A stretch of 64,000 nt of DNA from Planctomycetota bacterium. GTDB taxonomy: Bacteria > Planctomycetota > UBA1135 > UBA2386. Made by a program: the position numbers and the translations under genes. Under the pieces are notes generated by a model. It was not told the DNA's origin and did no database searches. It was given only the letters and a program-made list of their open reading frames with translations. The stretch covers positions 3,385-67,384 of the forward strand of contig JAQCBR010000006.1 in assembly GCA_027621295.1 (NCBI GenBank), written 5' to 3'. Below, one piece after another: positions 28,096-36,706 of the stretch (position 1 is the first letter of the stretch; each line of letters begins with the position of its first letter).

Positions 28096-29088
28096 ATGCC
28101 CGCGAACTCCCTCGGCGAGCTGTTCACCGTCACGTCCTTCGGCGAGTCCCACGGCCCGGCACTCGGCGTCGTGGTCGACGGCTGCCCGGCAGGGATCGAG
28201 CTGGACGTCGCCGACTTCGTGCCCGAGCTGGCGCGCCGGCGCCCGGGACAGAGCGCGGTGACCACCGCGCGCGTCGAGTCCGACGCGCCGGAGATCCTGT
28301 CCGGGCTGTTCGAGGGCAGGACGACCGGGATGCCGATCGCCGTGATCGTCCGCAACGAAGGGCAGCGATCCGGGGACTACGAGGCTCTCCGTTCGCAGTT
28401 CCGGCCTGGACACGCGGACGCGACGTGGGCCGGCAAGTTCGGACACCGCGACCACCGCGGCGGCGGGAGATCGTCCGGCCGGGAGACGGTCGCCCGGGTG
28501 CTGGCAGGCGTGATCGCGCGCAGGGTCCTGCCGAGCGACGTCCGGATCACCGGCCACGCGCTGCAGATCGGCCCGCACCGCGCGGTGCGCTTCGAGCCTT
28601 CGACCATCGAGGAGAACGCGGTGCGCTGCGCCGACCCCGCGGTCGCGCAGCACATGGTCGAGCACGTCCTCGCGCTCAAGGAGCAGGGCGACTCGACCGG
28701 CGGCGTGGTCGAGGTCCGGGTCCAGAACACCCCGCCGCACCTCGGCGAACCGGTGTTCGGCAAGCTGAAGTCCCGCCTCGCCGCGGCCTACCTGTCGGTC
28801 GGCGCGATCACAGGCTTCTCGTTCGGGGCCGGCTTCGACGTCGCCGACATGGCGGGCTCGACCTACGTCGCCGACCCTGGGCTCGCGGGCGGGATGCTCG
28901 GCGGGGTCTCGTCCGGCGAGGACCTGCGGCTCCTGGCCGCGGTCAAGCCGACGACGTCGATCGCGGACGTCGCTCGGCGCGGCCGGCACGACCCGTGCAT
29001 CGTGCCCCGCGTGATCCCGGTCCTCGAGGCGATGACCGCGATCGTCCTCGCCGACCTCTGGCTGCTGCACCGCGCCCGGAGCAACTGA
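28096..29088 (+). CDS. aroC: Chorismate synthase
   Basis: FGESHGPALGVVVDGCPAG, RPGHAD, DHRGGGRSSGRET, GRHDPCIVPR. Inner ATG of track ORF 27496..29088. Confidence 0.93.
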   Translation: MPANSLGELFTVTSFGESHGPALGVVVDGCPAGIELDVADFVPELARRRPGQSAVTTARVESDAPEILSGLFEGRTTGMPIAVIVRNEGQRSGDYEALRSQFRPGHADATWAGKFGHRDHRGGGRSSGRETVARVLAGVIARRVLPSDVRITGHALQIGPHRAVRFEPSTIEENAVRCADPAVAQHMVEHVLALKEQGDSTGGVVEVRVQNTPPHLGEPVFGKLKSRLAAAYLSVGAITGFSFGAGFDVADMAGSTYVADPGLAGGMLGGVSSGEDLRLLAAVKPTTSIADVARRGRHDPCIVPRVIPVLEAMTAIVLADLWLLHRARSN

Positions 29089-29093
29089 CGCAA

Positions 29094-29125
29094 CCTGCGC
29101 AGTGCGCGTGGCCCGCGCGCGCAGG
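29094..29125. terminator. Interrupted hairpin filling the convergent spacer
   Basis: CCTGCGC-AGT-GCGCG-TGGCC-CGCGC-GCGCAGG gives 7+5 bp of stem. Lies between the aroC stop (29088) and the stop of the minus-strand gene (29127). Confidence 0.45.
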
Positions 29126-29126
29126 A

Positions 29127-29537
29127 TCAGATCGGCTCGAGCGAGTCCGCGTAGGCTCGCAGGTAGCGGACCACGTCGCCCCGCTCGTTGCGGCGGAGAT
29201 CGCGCGCTCCCTCGGGTAGGCGCGCGAGGATGCGCGGGTCGCTGAGGTTCTCGAGGTGCAGCACGTCCTCGTGTGACATCCCCGCGGTGTGCAGCACGTC
29301 GAAGAGCTGCACGAGGTCGCGGTTCGTGTCCGCACACCGCGAGCGCGCGTGCTCGGTCCACTCGCCGAGGTCCTGGCCGAAGATCCGGAGGATCTGCCGG
29401 TCGTCGAGGTCGGTCAGCGTCTGGGCGACGTGGCCGCAGTTGCAGCGACCGACGTGGCCCCACTCGTAGCGGGCGCCGTCGGCGAGGCGATCGGCCGTGC
29501 GGCGGAGCGCGAAGGCGAGGCGTAGGTTCGCAGACAT
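29127..29537 (-). CDS. Hypothetical cytoplasmic protein (136 aa) with CNCGH motif
   Basis: Inner ATG (MSANLRLAF...) of track ORF 29127..30632. YEWGHVGRCNCGHVAQ. Third codon positions are strongly G/C. Confidence 0.55.
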   Translation of the reverse strand: MSANLRLAFALRRTADRLADGARYEWGHVGRCNCGHVAQTLTDLDDRQILRIFGQDLGEWTEHARSRCADTNRDLVQLFDVLHTAGMSHEDVLHLENLSDPRILARLPEGARDLRRNERGDVVRYLRAYADSLEPI

Positions 29538-29651
29538 CGGGTGGGATCTCCGGGGAAGGGAACGAGGCGTCTGTTCGACCCGACCCGGAGCCCGGACGCA
29601 ACCCGGTCCCGCGCTTCCCCTTCGGTCCCGGCTCCGCCATCGTGACGACCG

Positions 29652-30719
29652 ATGCTCTCTTCGTTCCGACCTTCGTTCGCCGCTGCTCTGTTCGTCGCGA
29701 CCCTCGGCTGCGGCGGGGCGCCCGAGGCTGCGGGCACGCGGGCTTCCCGCCTCGTCGAGCTCGGCGCTCCCGCGGGCGACGTCAGCCTGCGCGGCCTTTC
29801 GGTCGTGTCGGCCGACCTGTTCTGGGCGAGCGGCCAGGACGGGACCGTGCTGCGCGGGACCCAGGGCGGCCAACGGATCGACGTGTTCCACGTCGCCGAG
29901 GCCGAGGGGGCGGACCTGCGGTCGATCCACGGGTTCGACGCGGAGGTGGCGGTCGCCGCGACCGCGGGCATCCCGGCGCGCATCGTCCGGACCGAGGACG
30001 GCGGCGACACCTGGCGGATCGTCCACGACGTCGACGACCCGGACGCATTCCTGGACTCGATCGCGTTCGGCGCGGACGGGACCGGCTACGTGTTCGGTGA
30101 CCCGCTCGACGACGGCGCGCACTTCGTGCTCCGCTCGGACGACCGGGGCATGACGTGGCGGCGCCTCGAGGACACGCCCCGCGCGATCCCGGGCGAAGCG
30201 GGCTTCGCCGCCAGCAACTCGTGCATCGCGGTCACCCCCACCGCGGTCCGCGTAGGCACCGGCGGGGCCGCAGCCCGCGTGCTGTGCCTCGACGGCGATG
30301 CCTGGACGGCCGTCGAGACCCCACTCCTCGCGGGCGAGGGCTCCCAGGGAGTCTTCGCGGTCGCGTTCGCCGACGGCGAGCGCGGGGTCGTCGTCGGCGG
30401 CGACTACGTCGACCACGAGCGCCGGGACGGGACCGCAGCCTGGACCTCGGACGGAGGCAGGACGTTCACCGCAGCCGCCGTCGCGCCGGGCGGATTCCGA
30501 TCCGACGTCGCGTTCGCACCGGGATTCGGGCCACAGACCTGGTTCGCGGTGGGCAGCCACGGCGCCGACCGTTCGGACGACGACGGAAAGACGTGGCGAC
30601 CGCTGCCCGAGGGCGCGCGCGCGGCCCATCACGCGGTCGGGTTCGCAGCAGACGCCCCCATCGGCTTCGCCGTGGGTTCGGCGGGAAGGATCGCCCGGAT
30701 CGAGACGATCGACCGCTGA
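29652..30719 (+). CDS. Lipoprotein, BNR/Asp-box beta-propeller (Ycf48/sialidase-like fold)
   Basis: Lipobox AALFVATLGC. Asp-boxes TEDGGDTW, SDDRGMTW, TSDGGRTF, SDDDGKTW. Confidence 0.75.
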   Translation: MLSSFRPSFAAALFVATLGCGGAPEAAGTRASRLVELGAPAGDVSLRGLSVVSADLFWASGQDGTVLRGTQGGQRIDVFHVAEAEGADLRSIHGFDAEVAVAATAGIPARIVRTEDGGDTWRIVHDVDDPDAFLDSIAFGADGTGYVFGDPLDDGAHFVLRSDDRGMTWRRLEDTPRAIPGEAGFAASNSCIAVTPTAVRVGTGGAAARVLCLDGDAWTAVETPLLAGEGSQGVFAVAFADGERGVVVGGDYVDHERRDGTAAWTSDGGRTFTAAAVAPGGFRSDVAFAPGFGPQTWFAVGSHGADRSDDDGKTWRPLPEGARAAHHAVGFAADAPIGFAVGSAGRIARIETIDR

Positions 30720-30851
30720 CCAGCTCGGGCGGATGTCGGGATTCTCGACACCAACCCGTCCGCAGATCGCCGGACCGCTCGTGGCCCCCGGTTGTCGGGC
30801 TCCGACATCAAGCCGGACCCCGGTTCGCTCCGATCGTTACGGACGACGCCG

Positions 30852-32225
30852 ATGGGTCACATCCTCCTCGCAGCACCGCCGATCGAACGGTTCCACCTGC
30901 ACGAGCAGGTGTCCCGGCGGCTGCTCCGACGGGGCCACCGGGTCACGCTGCTGTGCACCGATCCGGTCACCCAGCGCTGCTACGACGTGCACGGCATGCC
31001 GGCGCGGCTGCTGGCACAGGCCCGGCGACCGGACCCTGCAGACCTGCCGACCCAGGAACTCGCGGCGCGCGACCTGAGGCTCACCGGCCAGGGACGGCCC
31101 GACTTCCGGCGCCTGCTCCGCCGCTACCGCGCACGCCTCGAGCACGCGGCGCCGTCTCTGGTCCGACACTTCGAGACCGAACTCCCGGACCTCGTCGTCA
31201 CGTTCCAGGGACGGAGCGGCCTGCACCGGCTGATCGACGCCGCCGCGCAGCGCTTCGGCTGTCCGACGACGCACCTCGGCGACGGACTCCTGCCGGGAAC
31301 GATGCAGCACGACCCACGGGGCATCGACGGAGACTCGTCGATCGCCACGCGCCCGGCCGCCTACTACCGGACCGGCGCGACCGACCGCGGGCTCTGTGAG
31401 GCGAGTCTCGCCGCGGTGCTCGGTGAGTTCGACTCACCGCCAACCGCGCGTCGCTTCGTCCATCCACCCGACTTCCTCGACGGGATCGCGTGCCTCGCGA
31501 GCGCGCGGAGCCCGGCTGCGGCCCGCTGGGCGCTGTCGAGACTCCGGGCGTGGCGCAGCGAGAGCGAGCGGCCCGTGGTGAAGCCCGAGCCCAACCTGTT
31601 CGGACTGCCGTCGAACCCGTTCGTCGCGGTGCTCCTGCAGGGGCCTCGCGATCCGCGCGTGCTGCTCGACACGCAGCACGGCGGGCCCCACGCGCTCGAG
31701 CTGTGCCGGAGCGTGAGGCGCGCGACGCAGGCGATCGACCCGACGCTCGGCGTCGTGGCGATCACGTCGCCGGATCTCGACCCGGGCGTGATCGAAGCGA
31801 TCCGCGCCGACGGCGTTCGGGTTCGACCCGCGCAGGCAGCACCGGCAGCCATCGCAACGGCAGCGGCCGTCGTCACCGTGAACCACCCCCTCGCGATGAT
31901 CGGCCTGCTCGCCGACACGCCGGTGCTGCACCTCGGCAGCGCGCTCTACGACCTGCCCGGCATCACCCGACGCACCGCGCTCGAGCGGCTCCGCGCCGAC
32001 CTCGAGACAGCACTCCATGCGGCACCCCACGCGGGCCTGCGTCTCCGCTTCGCGAGCCGCGTGCTCACCGAGGACCACGTCTGGTGTGACGCGGAAGCAC
32101 CGGATCCGAACGGACTCCGCGGCATCGTCCACCACCTGGAGGACCAGCTGCAGAGGGCGGGCGGTCAGCCCGAAACGGCGCCGTATCGCCCGGGTCCCGG
32201 CTGGCCTTTGGTGCGCGGCGCCTGA
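30852..32225 (+). CDS. Capsule-synthesis family (KpsS/KpsC-like, putative beta-Kdo transferase) protein
   Basis: GT-B-like N-terminus MGHILLAAPPIERFH...GHRVTLLC. FVAVLLQGPRDPRVLLDT and AAAVVTVNHPLAMIGLLADTPVLHLGSALYDLPGI resemble the Capsule_synth LQxxxDxQ and VxTxNSxxGxEALxxGxPVxxxGxAxY blocks. Start taken at inner ATG 30852. Confidence 0.5.
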   Translation: MGHILLAAPPIERFHLHEQVSRRLLRRGHRVTLLCTDPVTQRCYDVHGMPARLLAQARRPDPADLPTQELAARDLRLTGQGRPDFRRLLRRYRARLEHAAPSLVRHFETELPDLVVTFQGRSGLHRLIDAAAQRFGCPTTHLGDGLLPGTMQHDPRGIDGDSSIATRPAAYYRTGATDRGLCEASLAAVLGEFDSPPTARRFVHPPDFLDGIACLASARSPAAARWALSRLRAWRSESERPVVKPEPNLFGLPSNPFVAVLLQGPRDPRVLLDTQHGGPHALELCRSVRRATQAIDPTLGVVAITSPDLDPGVIEAIRADGVRVRPAQAAPAAIATAAAVVTVNHPLAMIGLLADTPVLHLGSALYDLPGITRRTALERLRADLETALHAAPHAGLRLRFASRVLTEDHVWCDAEAPDPNGLRGIVHHLEDQLQRAGGQPETAPYRPGPGWPLVRGA

Positions 32226-32249
32226 TCCAGGTCGCGTAGGCTCTGCTCC

Positions 32250-34685
32250 ATGACGCCGCTGCGTATCACCGAGATCGGAGGGTTCGGACGTGCCACCCAG
32301 CACGGCACGAGCTTCGACCTCGACGGCCCGCACGCCCGACTGCGCGTCGAGGCATGCGCGCCCCAGGTGGTCCGGATCCGGATCTCTCGCCACGAGGCCA
32401 CGCGGAGCCCGGAGCAGAGCTTCGCGGTCGTCGACCGGCACCCTGCGTCGCCCCACGTCCACGGCCACGTCGACGACGGGCACACGGAGATCACGCTGGA
32501 GGGACTCCGCGTCACGATCGACCACGACCCGCTCCGGATCGCCGTTTCCGACGCCGAGGGGCGCGCGCTCTGCGTCGACCATCCGCTCCGCGGCACCGTC
32601 ACCCACGGCGAGGGCCACGTCGAAGCCCACCTCGAACTGCAGATCGGCGAGCGCGTGTTCGGACTCGGCGAACAGAACGGACCGCACGATCACCGCGGAC
32701 CGCGGTTCCAGGGCTCTTCCCACGTGCTCTGGAACACCGACCACTTCGCCCACGACTCGGGCAGCGACCCGGTCTACGCGGGCGTGCCGCTGCTGCTGTT
32801 CCTCCGCGACGGACGGTGCCACGGTCTGTTCGTCGACGAGCCGGGACGGCTCCACGTCGACGTCGGTCACGCCGATCCCGAAGTCCTGTCGCTGCGCGCG
32901 CGGCACGGAGTCCTCGATCGCTACGTCTTCGCAGGTCCGACGCCGCAGGACGTGCTGCGCCAGTATGCGCGGCTGACTGGCCGCCCGCCGATGCCACCCC
33001 GCTGGGCGCTCGGGCTGCACCAGTGCCGCTACAGCTACGAGACCGAGCGCGAGGTCCGCTGGCTCGCGTCGACGTTCCGGCAGCGCGAGATCCCCTGCGA
33101 CGCGCTTTGGCTCGACATCCACCACCTCGAGGGCTTCCGTCCGTTGGTCTGGGATCACCAGCGTTTCCCGGACCCGGCGAGGCTCTGCTCCGACCTGCGC
33201 GCGGACGGCTTCCGGATCGTGACGATCGTCGACCCACACATCGCAGCGGACGACGGAGACGCGACGTGCCGGAGCGGGCGCGAAGGAGGCCACTTCGTCA
33301 CGTGGCCGGACGGCGCCGAGTATTGCGCCCCGGTCTGGCCGTCACGCGGCCCGAACCCGACGGACAGCGTGTTCCCGGACTACACCCGCACCGCGACCAG
33401 GGAATGGTGGGGCGAACAGCTCCGCCCGCTGCTGGATGCAGGCGTCGCCGGGATCTGGAACGACATGAACGAGCCGGCGGTGTTCGACCGCCTCGACGGG
33501 ACGTTCCCGCCCGAGATCGCGCACGACGGGGACGCAGGTCGCGTCCGCCACGAAGAGGTGCACAACGCCTACGGCGCGCTGATGGCCGAGGCGACGTTCG
33601 CAGGACTCGCGCGACACAGGCCAGCCGAGCGTCCGTTCGTCCTGACCCGCTCGACCTGGGCCGGCGGGCAGCGCGGCTCGTTCTGCTGGACCGGTGACGT
33701 GCGCAGCGAGTGGACCGCGCTCCGCCAGTCGATCGTCACGCTGCTGTCGATGTCGGTGTCGGGGCTGCCGTTCGTCGGCTCGGACGTCGGCGGCTTCGTC
33801 GGTGAGCCTTCCGCCGAGCTGTTCACGCGCTGGCTCCAGGCGATGGCGCTGTCGCCGTTCCTGCGGATCCACACCGACCTCGACACGCGCGACCAGGAGC
33901 CTTGGAGCTACGGCGCGGCCGCCGAGGACGTCAACCGACGCGCGATCGAGCTGCGCTACGAGCTGCTGCCCTACCTCGAAGCCGTCGCGCGGGAGTCGCA
34001 CGAGACCGGCCTGCCGATGCTGCGTCCGATGTGGTTCGAGTTCCCCGAACACGGGCCGCTGTGGTCGTGCGAGGACCAGTTCCTCGTCGGTGCGCATCTC
34101 CTGGTCGCACCCGTGCTCTACGAGGGCGCCGCGCAGCGCACCGTCCACGTCCCGCCCGGGAAGTGGTTCGAGCTCGACACCGCTCGCTGCCACGAGGGCC
34201 CGTCGAGCATCACTCTGCCCGTCGGCCCGGGCTCGCTGCCCGTTCTGTGCCGCGAGGGGACGATCCTGCTCCGCCAGCCTGCGGTGATGCACACCGGCGC
34301 CACCGACGGCGTGCCGCGCTTCGTCGACGTCTACCCGGGCGAACGGTCGAAGTCCCAGATCGTCGACGACGACGGGATCACGCCCGACGGCCCCACGGCG
34401 ACGCGGACTCTCCTCCACGAACGTGACGACACGCACGTGAGCCTGTCGATCGGCGCGCGGCGCGGAGACTACGTCCCGCCGGCTCGCCCGCTGGTGGTGC
34501 GCTTCCACGGAGTCGGGCCCGTCGCGCGGGTCCGCGTCGGCCGCCACGTGGTCGGTGCGGATACGGTCGACCTGCCGCGCTACGCGATCGGGCCGGAGGG
34601 ACGCATCGACGTGCACCTGGACGAGACGGCGGACGCGGTGAAGGTGACCCTCGACCTCGAACCTCGCGGGGGCGACGAAGCATGA
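32250..34685 (+). CDS. Glycoside hydrolase family 31 (alpha-glucosidase type), no signal peptide
   Basis: Nucleophile block GIWNDMNEP, WTGDVRSEW, GSDVGGF. 811 aa. Confidence 0.9.
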   Translation: MTPLRITEIGGFGRATQHGTSFDLDGPHARLRVEACAPQVVRIRISRHEATRSPEQSFAVVDRHPASPHVHGHVDDGHTEITLEGLRVTIDHDPLRIAVSDAEGRALCVDHPLRGTVTHGEGHVEAHLELQIGERVFGLGEQNGPHDHRGPRFQGSSHVLWNTDHFAHDSGSDPVYAGVPLLLFLRDGRCHGLFVDEPGRLHVDVGHADPEVLSLRARHGVLDRYVFAGPTPQDVLRQYARLTGRPPMPPRWALGLHQCRYSYETEREVRWLASTFRQREIPCDALWLDIHHLEGFRPLVWDHQRFPDPARLCSDLRADGFRIVTIVDPHIAADDGDATCRSGREGGHFVTWPDGAEYCAPVWPSRGPNPTDSVFPDYTRTATREWWGEQLRPLLDAGVAGIWNDMNEPAVFDRLDGTFPPEIAHDGDAGRVRHEEVHNAYGALMAEATFAGLARHRPAERPFVLTRSTWAGGQRGSFCWTGDVRSEWTALRQSIVTLLSMSVSGLPFVGSDVGGFVGEPSAELFTRWLQAMALSPFLRIHTDLDTRDQEPWSYGAAAEDVNRRAIELRYELLPYLEAVARESHETGLPMLRPMWFEFPEHGPLWSCEDQFLVGAHLLVAPVLYEGAAQRTVHVPPGKWFELDTARCHEGPSSITLPVGPGSLPVLCREGTILLRQPAVMHTGATDGVPRFVDVYPGERSKSQIVDDDGITPDGPTATRTLLHERDDTHVSLSIGARRGDYVPPARPLVVRFHGVGPVARVRVGRHVVGADTVDLPRYAIGPEGRIDVHLDETADAVKVTLDLEPRGGDEA

Positions 34686-36004
34686 GCCAGAAGGACCTCG
34701 CACCTCGCATCCTGTTCGGCTTCGGGCTGGCGTTCCTCGCGTTCCTCTACGGGTTCACCACCTCCCACTTCGAGCTCTTCCCGCACGCGTTCCTGTCGCA
34801 GGCGCTCGACCAGGGCGCACAGCTCAGCAAGGACGCGCAGGTCGACCTCCACCACCAGCACCCGGCACGCCACGACTTCGCGGGCGTACGGGGCGAGGCC
34901 GACGACGCCGAGCCGGGCGTTCTCCTCGTCACGTCGTACTGGCCGGACGACGACTGGAAGCCCGGCCTCCGCGTGATGGATCGCTCCGGCGAGGTCCTGC
35001 ACCGCTGGAACGCCGACCCGCTGCGGCTCTTCCCCGAGTGCCCGCACCAGGACGGGCTCCGCGGCAACTTCCACCTCGCGTCGAACTACGTGCACGGCTC
35101 GTGGCTGTTCGAGAACGGCGACGTGCTGTTCAACATCGAGTACCTGGGCCTCGTCCGCCTCGACGCGCGCGGCGACGTCGTCTGGCGCCTCGACCGGCGC
35201 ACCCACCACTCGGTCAGCAGGAACGAGCGCGGCAATTTCTGGGTCTCCGCGTCGAACTGGATCGACGATCCGATGACCGTGTTCACGCGGTTCCCGGGCC
35301 TCCTCGCGCCCGTCGCCGAAGACCTCGTGATGGAGGTCACGCCAGACGGCGAGATCGTCCGCGAGGCGAGCGTGCTCGACGCCGTGTTCCGGAGCCCGGA
35401 GCTCCGCCGCCTGATCTGGACGGTGGGCCACACGCGGACCACCGACCTGCTGCACCTGAACGACGTCGAGGAACTGTCTTCGGCGATGGCCGATTCGTAC
35501 CCGGGCCTCGCGGCCGGCGACCTGCTGGTCTCCCTCCGCTACCTCGACCTCGTGTTCGTGTTCGACCCGGACACGCTCGAGGTCAAGTGGTGGCGCAACG
35601 AGCCGTTCGTCGAGCAGCACGACCCTGACTTCCTGGGCGACGGTGCGATCAGCGTGTTCGACAACAACCTGGACGGCTCGCTGAACGGCGCGTTCCTCGG
35701 CGGCAGCCGCCTGTGGCGCTTCGACGTGGGGTCCGGCGCTGCACAGCAGATCTACCCGGCGGGACAGCCGGGCGAGCGGCGCTTCTACACCGCGATGGGC
35801 GGCAAGGCGCAGCGGCTCGGCGGCGGTCACTGGATCCTGACCGAAGCGCAGTTCGGGCGGATCTTCGAGATCGACGGCAGCGGGAAGACGGTCTGGGAGT
35901 GGTGCCAGGACCGCCATGCCGACGGCAAGACCGTGTCCGAGGTGCTCGAGGGGACCTTCTACCCGTACTCGCCCGACGCCGTCAGGGCGTGGCCCGAGCG
36001 CTGA
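34682..36004 (+). CDS. Membrane-anchored arylsulfotransferase (ASST)-family beta-propeller protein
   Basis: N-terminal TM helix ILFGFGLAFLAFLYGF. LLHLNDVEEL...GDLLVSLRYLDLVFVFDPDTLEVKWW matches the ASST-type pattern HxNS...LxSxR...IxxIDxxTGxIxW. ATG overlaps the GH31 stop (ATGA 34682-34685). Confidence 0.6.
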   Translation: MSQKDLAPRILFGFGLAFLAFLYGFTTSHFELFPHAFLSQALDQGAQLSKDAQVDLHHQHPARHDFAGVRGEADDAEPGVLLVTSYWPDDDWKPGLRVMDRSGEVLHRWNADPLRLFPECPHQDGLRGNFHLASNYVHGSWLFENGDVLFNIEYLGLVRLDARGDVVWRLDRRTHHSVSRNERGNFWVSASNWIDDPMTVFTRFPGLLAPVAEDLVMEVTPDGEIVREASVLDAVFRSPELRRLIWTVGHTRTTDLLHLNDVEELSSAMADSYPGLAAGDLLVSLRYLDLVFVFDPDTLEVKWWRNEPFVEQHDPDFLGDGAISVFDNNLDGSLNGAFLGGSRLWRFDVGSGAAQQIYPAGQPGERRFYTAMGGKAQRLGGGHWILTEAQFGRIFEIDGSGKTVWEWCQDRHADGKTVSEVLEGTFYPYSPDAVRAWPER

Positions 36005-36134
36005 CGGGAATTGCCCGGCCCAGGGGCCCGGCACCGGCCCGACACCGTGCAAGAAGCCGTGGGTTCGGCGAAGATGGCCCGCCGTCGGTGAAGCCCGAGC
36101 CGCCTCCCGGCCGAAGAATCCAAGACGACGACCC

Positions 36135-36323
36135 ATGTCTGGCCTGAACCTGATCGCCCTGCCGCTGCTCGCCTACCTCGGTCCCGGAGGCGCCCTGTCG
36201 GCGATCGGGTCGTTCCTGGCGCTGCTCGCAGCCGTCGTGCTGGCCCTGGTCGGCTTCGTCTGGCTCCCGCTGAAGCGGATGCTCCGCGCGATGCGCGAGA
36301 AGCGAGAGGACGCCGGCACGTGA
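36135..36323 (+). CDS. Small membrane protein (62 aa)
   Basis: MSGLNLIALPLLAYLGPGGALSAIGSFLALLAAVVLALVGFVWLPLKRMLRAMREKREDAGT. Two hydrophobic helices, strong G/C at third positions. Inner ATG of track ORF 35916..36323. Confidence 0.5.
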   Translation: MSGLNLIALPLLAYLGPGGALSAIGSFLALLAAVVLALVGFVWLPLKRMLRAMREKREDAGT

Positions 36324-36706
36324 ACACGGCCGCGGCCCTGTTCCTCGTCGCAGGGTTCCTCGTCGTCGCGCGCGTGCTCCGGATGGTCCCCCACGCTCGG
36401 GAAGTGATGGCGCGGAGCCGCGCCGCCACCCGAGACCTGCGCGACCCGGACCTCGACGAACTGGCTCGCGAGAAGGCGATCCAGGGCCACGCGATCCGGC
36501 TCGCCGTCCTGTTCGCACTGCTCGTGCTGGCGTCGGCCGCCGCGCTCGCGCTGCCCCTCGGCGTCGTCTACCTGTTCGAGCTCACCGGACTGGTGGAGAC
36601 GACCGCCGTGGTCGACGCGACGCTGTCGCCGACCTTCCTGATCGGCGTGACCACGGCGGTTCTCGTCTGGACGATCGCCCGCCGGGAGCGGAGAGTGGAG
36701 GGGTGA
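36320..36706 (+). CDS. Small membrane protein (128 aa)
   Basis: Three hydrophobic segments. GTG start overlaps the preceding stop (GTGA). Its own stop overlaps the next start (GTGA). Confidence 0.55.
   Translation: MNTAAALFLVAGFLVVARVLRMVPHAREVMARSRAATRDLRDPDLDELAREKAIQGHAIRLAVLFALLVLASAAALALPLGVVYLFELTGLVETTAVVDATLSPTFLIGVTTAVLVWTIARRERRVEG

Noticed and set aside
32250-34685. Idea that the GH31 enzyme is a sulfoquinovosidase, which would fit the sulfur theme of the locus
   Set aside because: Its nucleophile block is WNDMNEP, the alpha-glucosidase-type signature, rather than the YihQ/YicI-type block. I could not identify the sulfonate-binding Arg/Trp/Tyr triad by eye. Left as an ordinary GH31 call.
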